This document shows positions 13,519 to 28,001 of a stretch of 64,000 bases of DNA, one piece after another (position 1 is the first letter of the stretch; every line of letters begins with the position of its first letter). The notes below the pieces were generated by a model. It made no database searches. It was not told where the DNA came from and worked only from the letters and a program-made list of their open reading frames with translations. The stretch comes from Vermamoeba vermiformis (taxonomy: Eukaryota), in contig JBEWZL010000306.1 of assembly GCA_045837725.1 (NCBI GenBank), positions 186,001-250,000 of the forward strand, written 5' to 3'. Both the position numbers and the translations under genes were made by a program.

Positions 13519-14970
13519 ATGAACTCTCAAGTTTTAGAGCAGAAGATCCGACGATTGGCAACAACCGCAAACGAGCGATTTGCTAGCGAGAACCAGGAGC
13601 AAAAGGAATTTCTTGGTAATGATTTAACTAGTGCCAATATTTCATAGATTGCGTCCATAAATTTTTGGCTCTTGTCGTCATTTTAACTAAGAAATCTCCT
13701 TAGAATTCCAAAACGAACTCTTTGCAGAAACGAAAGACTCAAAGATAGCCCATGTAAGATGCGCAATATTAAAGAGATATTGCTTGGCAAGTCCTTATGT
13801 TAAATTCTTTCATCGAGAGTCGAATCCGCGAGTCTTGGAACAAGTGGGCCAAACTTTTCGTGACGGCATGGTGTGAGGACCTTGATCAGTTTGGCGCCTT
13901 GGCAGAAGAGTTGGAAGAAGTAGCAGGAGGGGCAATTCCCGACATCTCCGAAGATCTTGCGAAACTGAAACTCAAGGCTCAGGCTCAGGTTGAGTACTTG
14001 CTGCGGAAATTTAGCAAGCTGCAGCGACCTCATCAATACGAAGTGCTATTTACGATGGAGCATCTAGCGCGCGTTGTTTCTCGCCTGAGCGAAGATCCCG
14101 ATCTGAACGATAAAAAGTTGGCCGAATTGGAACTCTGGTCTGAACACTACGCTCGCTTTGTTTGCTTTGTAGGCAATAGCGACTACTATCATCTTGAGCC
14201 TCGCAGACTGTGGCTGGAAATTCTAGGAAAGACCATGTTAGAACTGGCTCGTAAATTCAACAAGCCACTTTATTGGCTTTACTACGGTCGATCTCAACAC
14301 CTCCTCTCTCGCTTGCTACCTTATTCCGACCGATTGAAGGTGCTTGAGAACTGTTTGGATACGATGCAGGCTGCGCAGGAAATTCCCGATGTGCGCATCT
14401 TGCGAGGGACTCTGCTACATAGCAAGGCTATGATCACACACGCCATTGATCCTGCATCATCGGCAAGATGCTGGGAGGAAGCTCAAGTCTGTTTCCAAAC
14501 TGTTGGAACTCTACTCAACGGAAAGTTGTTCTAACGGGAATTTGCTCTACAAACACCACCTGTTCGCTTGGGCATTAGGAACGCAATCCAACGAACTTCG
14601 GGACAAATCTTATGCTCTTGCACGCACTGTGGTTAACGATGTCAACATTGGTGATGTATTATTGCGCGCTTATTTCGACGATTGGTGGAACGAAATCGCC
14701 GACACCTTGCATAGTTTATTTGACATCTCCGCTGCCAAGATACCAAAACAAGACTTGTACAAGTTCATGGCACAATATCCCAATTGGGTTGCTGTGTTAA
14801 TCCATCCGTTCCAAGAATCTACACGAGCTACGCAAGTGATCCAACCTGAGCCGCTGAAAAGAAAACTTCAGTCGGAATCAACCGAGCCAAACAAAAGGAT
14901 GAAGATAGTAGAACTGAACATTTCCGCACATTTACCTGCGGAGCATGCAACCAGCCACCTTGTACAATAA
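13519..14970 (+). CDS. Helical (TPR-like) hypothetical protein with one unresolved frameshift near 14500 (pseudogene or assembly error)
   Basis: Exon 1 ATG at 13519; ORFs 13797-14534 and 14446-14970 both read as coding in different frames and I found no splice pair that joins them. Confidence 0.5.
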
Positions 14971-15369
14971 TTGTATGACATTGTTGCCTTTATTTTTTTC
15001 AACGAGTAAATTTTATCTTCCATTATACGACTCACCACAATTGGCATTACTGATTACCAGGTTTTTGATGGAAGCGTAGGCACAAATAAGTACTAATAAA
15101 AATATTCGATATTATTTTACCCATTGAGGCCGCAGTCAAAATAGACTAATCCGCTGAAAGGTCCAACGGAGCCTCAAGCCCAACTTGACAAATAATAAAT
15201 ATTATTAAATATACATGGTAATAATTTAAATGTGTTCGTTTGCAAGACCATAAACACTTGTGCTGCGATAAATATTCGGCGGTCAAAAATAGTCGCCTGG
15301 CTACGTCAACAAAACTTTTTAAATTGATAATATTACTATATTTAAAGACTACAACACAGTGTACACATA

Positions 15370-16202
15370 ATGCCACTTTTCACGGTTATTAGTCGCGTTA
15401 GTGATCGGCTCATGTTGGCTGAATCCTTGGATACAGATGAGGACAGATCCCAAGACTTAGATTTCTATAAGAAGCAAGCAAAACAATTATTACAGACCCT
15501 TGGAGCAACATCTGAGCCTACTGGCATCATTACAACTGGAAATAATTATTTTCTTTATTTGATCGAGAATGGCGTTTGCTATTTAACTATGTGCGATGCT
15601 ACATTCCCGAAAAAATTAGCGTACAGCTTTTTAGAAGAATTAAAGAAAGAATTTGATATTCAGCACGGCGCGGATGTCAATACTGCAAAGCGCCCGTACA
15701 GCTTCCAAAAATTCGGTAATTATCCTTAATTATTTTACCATATTTTTATCATATTATAACCGCAATTCATTGCAGTATAAAATAATTTTCATTTAAAAAA
15801 AATTTTGCTGACGTAATATTTTTCCTTGATCCAGACACATTCATCCAAAAGACTAAGAAGCTTTATATGGACACCAAATCACAACGTAACTTGAACAAAG
15901 TCTCGTCAGATCTGAAAGACATAAATCGCATCATGACAAAAAATATTCAAGATATTATCAACCGAGGCGCTAAGCTCGATGGTAAGCCAATCCTTTTCCT
16001 ATAAAATAATGCATATTTAATTTAATATTTGCTATTTTTAGAAATCGGCAATCGTGCGGAGCAATTAACGATGAAAACTGATAAATACAAAAAACACACG
16101 GTCGATTTGAACAGAATGTACTTTTGGAGAACTTACGGACCTATTATGGGCGGTGCAGGCATCATATTGTTGCTTATTGTCTTGAGAATATGGTTCTTCT
16201 AA
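15370..16202 (+). CDS. SEC22: Sec22 longin R-SNARE
   Basis: ISRVSDRLMLAES..YKKQAKQL..FPKKLAYSFLEEL..RPYSFQKFDTFIQKTKKLY..IMTKNIQDIINRGAKLD plus C-terminal TM helix. Confidence 0.95.
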
Positions 16203-16539
16203 GGCGTCAGATCTGACAAGAACCGATCCTAAAATAATCCTTCCACTGTACTCTTGTAATAAATATTGCCCGTGCAATAATAAATAAAAATCATAAAATA
16301 TCATGCATTTCCGCCCTAAATATAATTAATAATACTACGAACGATAAGGACACGAGTTGAAATGAAAAACAAACAGAAACATGCTTTCAATAGCAGAATT
16401 GATGGTTTTATTAATCGTTTAGAGGGTATATTATAATAAATATTCGTGGTTTTTACAATAAGCTATGTACAAATTTCGGACACTAAGGCTTTAGATGGAT
16501 CTGTCCGCTTGCCGGATCAACAAGGCAGTGAATAGGCCA

Positions 16540-17883
<1,344 letters not shown>

Positions 17884-18234
17884 GTTGTATTCGTTTCAAA
17901 CAAAAATTGGGTAATGCTCGCAGATTTCAAACCAACACTTTGCACGAACACTCCAATCTTCAAATGCACCTTTAAATTAAACTGTATCGCGTTGAATTTG
18001 CGCAATTATCTTTGTGCCTGAGTTTCCGATTGCTGACGATACGTGGACTTTTTGTGAAGTGAAATCTGATCCAAACGACGGGAAACAAAATCTGCCGCTT
18101 GGAAACCTGCTATGATGTATTGATTGTCATGCGGAGGTGCTTGTATAACATGCCAAAAGGAGCTTTGCTGGAAAGACGTCTCGATCTTGAAAATTTTTCG
18201 TCATCATTCAAATTGCAAAATAAGACCAACACAA

Positions 18235-18605
18235 ATGGCTGATAAACAACAACCAACTAAAAATAAGGAAGAACTTGAAGTCTTAGAAGAAGACGACGAG
18301 TTTGAAGAATTTGAAGAAGGTGAGCGGATGTCGCGAAATTAATAATTAGCAAAAATTAATTTTAAAATTACCAAAAATTAGATTGGGGCCCAGAAAAAGA
18401 AGATAATGCTGACGAAAAGGAATGGGAAGATGATTGGGATGACGAAGACGTCGAGGACGATTTTTCAAAGCAATTGAGGTGAGATGACGAATCTGAAAAT
18501 ATTTCAATTATTTTATTTGCTCGTGCCTTAATAAGTATTAATATATTATAAACCAGAGCTGAAATGACGAAAGCTAATGCACCTCAACCAATGAAGACAA
18601 ATTAA
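18235..18605 (+). CDS. SEM1: SEM1/DSS1 proteasome lid subunit
   Basis: Three exons: LEEDDEFEEFEEDW..WEDDWDDEDVEDDFSKQLRAEM. Confidence 0.95.
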
Positions 18606-18990
18606 GTCCAAAATAATCAATTTTATTTCTTGGGCTGGATACAGTTCAAATTGTAAAAAGAATATAAATAACTCACCACCATTAACCAAAACGAAGAAAA
18701 TAATTGATTAATAGCGATACACAGGAGGCGAATCTGGTAAGTTACACAAACATCCGCTAAAAATTCTATCAAATCAATTCTGCCTTAAAACGCCTTGGGA
18801 ATCAACGAATTTTATACGTTACATAAAGAAGCGCCCTATTATAGAACATTATCAGTTTTGCGGTGAACTTCACGTTCGAAATGAAGCACGTGGTTTTGAT
18901 TGTGCGCAACAGAGACAACCAGAAAAATCTGGTAATTATCTTTACAGCTCTTCTGTAGTAGAGGCCACAAAAGATACTATTACGGTATAA

Positions 18991-21900
18991 ATGGAGTCGA
19001 GGGGTAAGTAACTTATTGGCAGATCTTGCCTTTTTGACTGAAATTGGACAGATCGAATATTTCCTGAAAGAAAATGTAATAATTATAGTAATAATTTTCT
19101 ATAATACTACCGCGTTAATAGATTTTTAATTCGTAATGATTCAATTTTCTTCTAACTCGTGAATTTTTTAGCCTACTATTATGAGGGCGTCGATCCAGAC
19201 GCGCTCTTAGAAACTATGAAGAGCACTTATGGCTATAATAGATCAGAAGAAGAAACAATTCGCGATTCTGAAGGCTATTCGGTGAACTCATGTGTGGAAG
19301 AAGGAGATGATCTTGAAGACACTCAGAATGACTCCGGATCTGATTCTAATATTAACCTTCACGAGGACGCGTACTCACAAACAGCTGTTGATACATCTGA
19401 TCCCCTCAATGAGCGATTATTAGTCGGACGTTACTCGACTATCCATAAAGATCAAGGCAGTCCTCGCGTTCAAGAGCCTTTACCTGAAAATACGGCTGCT
19501 AAAGATACTGCGGCACTATTTGATTGGAATAATAAGTTCCAGGCTGCTGTTGAAAGTCGCGAAGGACCTGAAAAATACCGCCTGTTGAGCTCAACGGCAA
19601 GAGATTTCGGTAAGTGAACTTCTCGAGCCTATAAGTTACTGAATATAGTTACTTTTACGTCTTCAAATCGATATTCTCTCCCATTTCTCAGATCCGCTCA
19701 CATTCCTTTGATTTTCCGAAAATTCTTCTAAAAGTTTCCTATTAGCAAGTACGTACTGACCTCTCTTTTAGTCTTCGTGGCTACTACCTACGGCCGAATT
19801 ATAATCAGCGAGGCACCCTTGCCTATTGAACAAAAGACGATCAAGCCGAGCTCCCTTGGCGGCATTGCTGGTGGTGAAAAGTACCTCGTTAAAGGCATTC
19901 TATTCAAGTATGTATACGCCAATACTTTACTTTATAAGAGGCCATGTTCTGATCTTAAGATTTAAGGTTCGCTGTTGATACAGGCAATATTTATGGTGGC
20001 GATGAAAATGCTCAAAAAGCCGCTTCGTCAGAACTTAAAGTACGATACTAATATAGCAATACGATAATAATAATATATGTCGCATATACTAATGGAGTTA
20101 TGGTTAGGGTTTGAGCAGCTGTTACATGGCAGGTGTTGATGGCTTACACTATCCGTTGATGGCACTCATTCATTACATGGGCTATTGCTTGATTGCGGTA
20201 AGTCACGTGCCTTAAAAATAGCTCCATATATGTATAACAATCACTAATACAATATCGCGCAGTTAAGCACATTGCCACTCGGTCCCAACACATTGAAGTA
20301 CGGCTCAGCTAACGCTGGCAGAGTTGTGCACGACGATGATCCTGATTTGAACACTGTAAGTACTAACAAATAATGCATTGAATTATTTTTTAAGAAGCAG
20401 ATCCGGTTCTGGATCAAGCAAAAAAACTGATCAACTTGAAATTTTGTTGCTTACCTTATGAATATATTCTATACGTCCTACGTATATCAATTGTTTATAG
20501 ACGCTATATGCGCTGTAAAGTATTGTTACTAATATGAAGGCTCTTGCGTAGTTGATGAAGACGCTCGGCATGAAGTTGAACTTGAAAGGTCACTGGGCTG
20601 GCGTGCCTTCACATCTCTCGCAAAAGAAGTTCTTATACATGCCTTGTGATATTGAAGGACACAAAGGAACTGTAAGTCATAAGCCATAATGCATCAATCG
20701 ATGGCACGTGCTAGATCTAACTTTGTATCGTCAGGATGGAAAATTCTATATGATTGATTTCAGCAGATTGTTCCCGCCTGAAGCTATCTTGCCGGGAGCT
20801 CCGTAAGTTTAATATCGTATTCACAATTGGTCGTAAACTAACATTGGTTGGATCTGGATCAGACCTCAGCAAGGCGCATTATTTTTCAGACATTTGAGAC
20901 CTGAATTGGTCATTAATAATGAAAAACCTCTATCGTCCGATGCTTTTTGCGGTAAGTAATTATATAAGTATATATATTGAAGTGTCTATTAACGTGGGGA
21001 TAGGTTTCGGTCTCGTGGATCCGGATCGCAAGGAACACAACGCTGAAGTATTGGCTTGCACAAAAAGATTACTAGAGAATGTTATTCCGAATTTCGCTGA
21101 AAGAATTAAGACGTTTGATATGAATTCTTTGCCTAAACTAAAAGCGCTGTTGCATTCTGAAGGTAAATCAATAGTCATTTTAAGGTGCGGATCTGACACG
21201 TTGTTTTTTACTTGGCAGGCATTAACGTTCGACATCTTGGATTCCTTCGCGCCAAGCTTGGCGACCATGCGGTGTCTACGTTAGTTTTGATTGAAATGGT
21301 ACGTGTGATAGACGAAATAGGAGTTGCTAACTGTTAGCCTAGATCGCGCGTGTGTTCAAGAACAAATTGAAAAACAAGTGGCGCAAGATTGTAGGCCAGA
21401 ATTTGTATATTACTGGTGAGTCCTATTCTAGCAATTTATATATCTATATTAACATTTTGAAATTTAGAGGACAAGTGCATCAACGCGACCACGGATGTGC
21501 TGAATTTATTGATTTGCAGCAAAGTTGATCCTGAGAAGAGGAAAAAATATGAAGAATTTTGGGGTAACAAGCTGAAAGGCTTGTTGCAGAAAAAGTTCAG
21601 ATTCGCTCTGAGCGAGGAAGAAAGCAAAGAAGAATTCGATTTGTTATCGCTCGTAGCGTCAAAGGAACGATTTACTTTGCTTCTGGATAGAACATTGCAT
21701 ATTACCGGCATATCTTTAACTCCTTCCGCAAGAAGCGTAAGTCAAACAAAAGTACGAATCCAGCTCGATCCTGACGTTCAATTTTAGAACTGGAGTACAG
21801 TGGCTAAGCTATATGAGTTCCAGTTTTTAAACTGCGATATAGCCATACTTAATCCTATTGTTAAGCATACTCCCATTATTGGTACGTAACATTTGCTTAG

Positions 21901-24188
21901 CAAGCCGCGTCAGTTGTCAGATCCAAATACTAACCCACCGTTACAGAGCAAGCTGATATTTCCATACTGTTTAGTCGTGGTCTAGAGGCCGAGGGACAAG
22001 AGGCTCAACGATTGTTGTCAGTTGCCATTGCTAAGATCACTCAAAATTATGGCACTTTTGTACGTGCAGACCACGATTTTATTCTCAGAATTTTTTCACA
22101 CTAAATATTTATTTTAGCTGTTCCCGCACGAACAACTCCGACTATTCGGCAATCTCATTGCACAGAAATATGCAACCGCCTCAAACTCCGATGCTTCCTA
22201 CTTGAGGGATTTCGGCACTACCTGTTTTACTACAGCCTTACAGTACGATATGAGTAACCTCATAACTACACGAACTAATAAGATTTTTTTAGGTTAAAAC
22301 CGAACAACATTTCGATCATGAAAGATTATGCGCAGTTTTTGACCCTCATCGGAAGCATTCCCAGCGCCTTTGATGAACTCTATAAGGTAAATATACGCCA
22401 TATTGCCTACGTAATAACTATCATGAGGGCTAATTTAAAATTAGGCATCAAAATTGGATCCTGACGACTACGAACTTAAGAATCGATTGTTGCGCACTCA
22501 AAGCAAAATTCCCCCCATGAGCGCCAATCAAGACATCGTTAGTGTCACAGCGCAAATGGCTAGGGATTCATTGAATCTAAATCCCAAACAAGGCGAGCCA
22601 TATTATTGGTGGGCTTTTGCGCTGATACGTAAAATCACATTGTGGAGGAAAGAGCTTCATGAACCAGGGCTTGAAGTGGTAAAGGGCGGGTGGAACGTTG
22701 AAGTGGTGGAAGACATCGCCGATAAAATTTCGGTACGTATCGCACAAAACCTAACCCTAACCCTAACCCTCGATACCTTTTGTTCTAACGTGTCATTCTT
22801 AGAACGGTTTGGAATTGGAGCCAGACAAGTTGAATATTTTGTCTAAACTCTTCCCATCACCTCGTCCAGCCATTCTTTACGCCTTCGTTAAAGTCCCAGA
22901 ATTGGGCGTTAAAGTGGACCAACAAGTCAAGCACTTGGTCTTGCCGACATTTGTGCAAAACGACTTCTTGGAAAATCTCCACGCATTTACCCACTTGGAG
23001 ACCCTCACCATTGAAGCACCTGAAGCCTTAGACAGCGGTGTCATTCGGTTGATCCAAGGATCGAGTCAGACCCTGACCAAGGTGGTCTTGAACAACACGA
23101 AGATCACAACAGCAACATTAGTCGAGTTGGCAAAGTGCACTAACTTGGAGTGGCTGTCATTGGACAACTGTCAATTCGCAGAAAATCCGTTCAAGGAGTT
23201 ACTCGCGCTTCTGCAGGCCACGAAAGTCACGCAATTATTCATCAAAAACGTGCCGCACTTGACCGAGGAACAAATTGGCGAACTAATTGCTGTGCGCCCA
23301 ATGACACGTTTAGGCTTTAGAAAGACAGATCTGTTGTCTGTTGGACTATTTGAAGTGCTGCAAAGGGCTCCAAGTTTGGCTGCATCGCTGATCCGACTTG
23401 ACGTTGAAAACTTCGACCAGTTGACGGTCGATCACGTCCTGTCGCTGTTGAAAGCCTTCCAATCTCTCAAGGCGATTAGTTTGTTGGACGGTGCTGGCAT
23501 TGAAGGTCCATTAGTCCCTCACACTATGTCTTTTAAACATCCTTCGCTTGAAGAATTGATTATGCCGATGGGTACGTACAATTTAGCGAAACATGTTTTT
23601 TAATTGTATTATAGGCTACCCTCTATTGTTTACTGCCTCGCATGAAACGGTCAAGTTCAAATCTGCTATTGTCAAGCCAAATCAATTATCCCTCAATGAA
23701 GATACACCCGCTACATGCTACGAACCCGCGAACATGTACAAGGTTAGCTTGATTCTAAAATCAAATTAATATGCGAAGTAACTCATATGGTCTTCTTGTA
23801 GGAATATAACTCCGTGGAGTGGTACTTCAAACGCGGCAATTTTTCGAATCGCGTGTTAGAACTCAAGCACGGGCAACATACCGCGATTTGGGTAGAAAAA
23901 ATACCTCCTGGGGACCGCTTTAGATTTTTTATGAGCGGAAAAGGTGTAAACCCCATATTTGGTGATTTGTCCACATTGCATAATACAGCCGTCATTATCA
24001 ACATCAGTGCAACTAGAATCCACCTGAACTTGAACATCGCTACTGGACTCCTCCTTCAACTTTCTCCTGGTTTGAGGCTTTCGTTCCAACCTAACGAAGC
24101 ACAAGTTTACATTTCAAAAGAACAGAATGCTACATTTTTGCTACTCGCTGCTTTTTTGTTGGGATCAAAGGTCAAACGTTTGCTTTAA
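18991..24188 (+). CDS. Clu-domain protein with TPR-like helical region, LRRs and an uncharacterised C-terminal domain
   Basis: DWNNKFQ..RDF..YGRIIISE..GGIAGGEKY..ILFKFAVD..ELKGL..PLMALIHYMGY..LKYGS..LNLKGH..DIEGHKGTDGKFYMIDFSRLFPPE..HLRPELV; LRRs in ORF 22809-23603. Confidence 0.85.
22748..22770 (+). repeat. Short interstitial telomere-like repeat, ~3.5 copies of CCCTAA, intronic
   Basis: aacctaaccctaaccctaaccct inside an intron of the Clu gene. Confidence 0.6.
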
Positions 24189-24228
24189 TGTTGTGGTTTA
24201 TGTACAAAAATTAAATACAATTTACAAT

Positions 24229-24714
24229 TCAATCAGCGTAGTCCTCAATAATAGCATCATTAAGATTGCCCAACAGTTGCGTAGTACCTTTGTCTTTTTG
24301 ATCTTCGAGCGCTCGTTCAAAGTGCTGGATCTGATCGGGCTAAAAAACAACGTTAGACGCAGAAGCTCGTATTATGTACTTGAACTTACTCTATCGGGCA
24401 GTGGAGGTGTGAAGTCCAGTAATGTGAATTCATCCGCTTCTGGCACATCGAGAACGGATGCGCTCAAAGTGGACGAAATGAATGGCGTAGGAGCAGTGCT
24501 CAAACGACGAATGTTCGTGTTATTGTTGGCTATAAAGCATTAGAAAAATACATTGATAAAAATGATAGGACTTACCTTCGTGGTTGATTATGTCCACCGC
24601 AGGCAGCTCGCTGAAATTAATTGGTTAATTCGGATCCGAAACATTGACCTGCGTGACTTACCATCCAAGGTTCTTATGTCTTATTAAACTAAACAAGTTC
24701 AATAAAGTGTACAT
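24229..24714 (-). CDS. Small hypothetical protein (~110 aa, 4 exons)
   Basis: Three GTAAG..AG introns join an open frame MYTLLNLFSLIRHKNLGCELPAVD..FTPPLPDRPDQIQHFERALEDQK..IIEDYAD. Confidence 0.6.
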
Positions 24715-24856
24715 ATCGGGTCGCTGAGCCTGGGATTGGATGGATAAGAATTTGACCGTCAAATTTCCAATTTTTGGCAGTCAAAAATTTTGTACTTCGC
24801 GTACTGGCCTAAAACTGCTCATTATACTATTCTATTCACAAGAAAACCATAAAATA

Positions 24857-25342
24857 ATGTCAGACACTGCCCCTGTTGAGCAACCAAAGACTAATCAAGC
24901 TGAAGTAGCCGAGTTTGGAGTTGCATTTCAAGGTACACTCGATCCGAATGGTTTAAATTAAAACCTCTAATATAATTAATATAGAGTTCTATTTGGATCT
25001 AAAGAAACAACTCGACCTTACGTTCTCTGGATTAAGGTAATAATTATGCCGCGATATATTAATTTTGATAAAAATTGAAATTCTTAGCGAACTTGACCAA
25101 GAAGAAGATGAATTACTGGCACAAATTAAAGTAGGTATAATATTAATATAGAGTTAATGTCTTATATTTAAATATTTAGGGTCAAATCGAGGAGAAAAAG
25201 GCACTCAATGCGCAATTAGAAAAGAGTAAGTTGAAACTCAGGAAATAAGAATAATACTAACAATTAAAATATAGAAATCGAGTCGATCACTGCAGTCATC
25301 AACCGATACGTCACCGCATTGAATGCAACAAATCAGGAATGA
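24857..25342 (+). CDS. Small coiled-coil protein (~95 aa, 5 exons)
   Basis: Spliced MSDTAPVEQPK..FYLDLKKQLDLTFSGLSELDQEEDELLAQIKGQIEEKKALNAQLEKKIESITAVINRYVTALNATNQE. Confidence 0.65.
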
Positions 25343-25356
25343 AATTTCAGGCGAGA

Positions 25357-27896
25357 TCAGATCCAGTACGCGATCGCAAAATTCTTGTAGAATTGTTTCT
25401 TATATATAAAACTTACTCTAAATAATAATCCCTGAGTGAAGCACAAGTGTAGGATGTTTTCGTTGAGCAATCGAAGCGCAATCTTGATCGTTTTGTCGGT
25501 AAAATTGAGCACGAAGCGATGACTTAATCAAAATAATATATTAAAGTATTAATCGAAAATAAGTGTCTTACTCGTCATTAGGCTTCCATATTAATGAATT
25601 TGACCCTTTGAATGCCATTCTGAATGGAAGATTGACTCTCAAATACTTGGCTAGTAAACTAACAAAAAGAACGATATTGCCGAACGCTGCGCTTAAAAAG
25701 TCCTCTCTCTTAGCTATTAATATCACCGTTAATATATATATATATATATATATGAATCGTATCACTACTTACTCGAATAATCTCCATTTCGAGGTAAGAA
25801 GAAGGCAATAAATTCCATCTCGTCTTCATTTGAAGGCCGAGGATTCAACGGCATAATTGAAAGAAGGTCGCTAATAACCACTCTATGATATATTGTTAAT
25901 AATTATATGCGAGGTTAGCTTGACTTGCCTTCTGCAATTAATTAATTCGGTAGTAAATTCAGATCTCAGTTCTTCCAAACGAGTCAATTGAGTAGAATAA
26001 TGTTTCTTATATTCTTCTCGGCGAGCTTGAAGTTCATTTTGCGCTCGCTCAAGCTCTTCTTTCTTTTTTCGATTTTGCTCCTTCTTCTCCGACAACAGTT
26101 GCCGATCTGCTCTGGTTATTTAACCGCCACTATTTATCCTGAAACTTACCTCGCTCAATATCCTTCCTTATTATCTCTATTCGTTGTTTAAGTTTCTCGG
26201 CATGCTGATCCGCTTTTTGCTCTTCCACAACTTTCTTCAGAAACGCGATCCGTTTTTGTAATCCAGAGCCCTCGATATCCGTCCTTAAATAGCGTTAAAT
26301 AATACGTGATATGAAAAGAATACTCACTTTAGCGAATCTACTTTAGCCTTTAACAGCTCGTTGCCATATTTCTTCAACGACACCATATCGCGATTGCCTT
26401 TAACTCTGTAAAATGGTTACATAGAGTAGAATAATAATAGTTAATATAAACGTACCTCTTTATACATTCAGAGCATATAATAGGCGTGTCCGACAAGCAC
26501 AGCGCGCATGGACCTTCGATCGGAGATGACTTTTCAAGCACGTGACTCGCACTTCTAAATTAGGAAATGATTGATCAGCAGCCGCCTTCGTCACCTACTC
26601 GGCACTACTTACTTCTTCATGAGCATCACTAACTTCTTGGCGTCTTCTAGACAACTTTCCATGACCTGATACACCTCGTCGCGCAGCTGTTTCAGCTTGA
26701 CCGGATCCAAGTGTTTCGTGTTGGGTTGATTGGCCACGTAGTATTTATCACGCACACTTCTCGTCAATCTAATCAACTCCTCGTGTTGAAGGAGCAGTCT
26801 ATGTGCCTTTTGAAAGAGAATCGATTGTTCCAAGTACTCCACCCCTGCACTGAATGATGACGAAGTCAACGGTGCACTGGGACTCGCTGTATTTGGCACA
26901 CTTGGTGACGTGACTTGCGATGGTGCAGTAGATGTCGGGGTGCTAGGAGATGTCATTGTGGACAATGGCAACGGTGTTATGAGTGGCGGTGTAACTGGTA
27001 TAGCTTGCGGCGCTGACTGCTTGGGTGGTGTCGCGGGTGCAGCACCGTCATCAGCCCACTTGAAAAATGTACATCGCGCCGGTCTTCCTTCTCGATCACG
27101 TGCTCCACATGCATAAAACACACGTCCCTGATTGGGTCCTGGTTTGGTCACTCTGTACATGTGTGCTGCTACGCCGTGATCGCACATTGGTGTGCCGTCG
27201 TTGTTATTCGATGTCGTGAGCTCAGATGACGTCAAGTTGTTATTGTTGTTATTTACAGTGCTGAATTCGTCACTGGTCCTCGGCGACGTAGGCTGTGATG
27301 AGCCTGGAATAATAACTGAATTTGTAAAACTGGTGTTTGTTGCTGGTGTGGCGGTGCCTGATGCTGAAGAACTCCTCCTTCGTGAGACTAATACTTCGTA
27401 TTTCTTTTTTAATCGACGTCTTCTGTCTTTCAATTCTTTGAGCATTTCTACAGGATTGGTCGGTTAGATCTCTCATTATTATTTTAATTTCAGTATACTT
27501 ATTAATATTTAATGTTCATTAATTTAGGTGTAGGCTTGGTAAAAAGGAATTCAGTGTTTATTTTAAAAATTATTTTCGTAATTTCCTTCAGAATTTACCT
27601 TCAAGAGATCCTTTTCTATACTCCGGCAATATAAATCCTTTCTCGTATAAATATTGCTCGTAATCATTTTTCCTTCTTTTAAGTTGATAATACCGCCGCG
27701 CAACTTCTTGGGGTAATTTTTCGTTTTTAGATTCGTAATTTTTTTTGAGCTGAGAAAGCTGCTTTACAAGGATTGATAATTGTCTATTTAAATATGAAAT
27801 ATGTTCCATAGAATATTCTTCCAAATCTGTGATGGTAAGCAATGAAGTCTTCGCATCCAGAGTTTTCAGGAACGATTCTTGATCCAAAACCTCCAT
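25357..27896 (-). CDS. Atg14/UVRAG(Vps38)-family PI3K complex subunit with an N-terminal extension containing a GRF zinc finger; 3' end approximate
   Basis: zf-GRF CDHG..RVTKPGPNQGRVFYAC..CTFFKWAD; then CALC..IICSEC, a long coiled coil, LSAAFGNIVLFVSLLAKYLRVNLPFRMAFKGSNSLIW and ALRLLNENILHLCFTQG. Confidence 0.78.
25732..25753. repeat. (AT)n microsatellite, intronic
   Basis: Run of alternating AT. Confidence 0.85.
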
Positions 27897-28001
27897 TTTT
27901 TGTTATTTACAATGATATAATACAATATACTACATGTGGCTTTCATTAAAATAAAAATATTAATTTAACACTGCAGCAAATTTAAAGAATTGACCGTCGA
28001 A

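Noticed and set aside
26609-27445. zf-GRF ORF as a transposon remnant
   Set aside because: No transposase, RT or terminal repeats; it splices in frame into flanking host exons.
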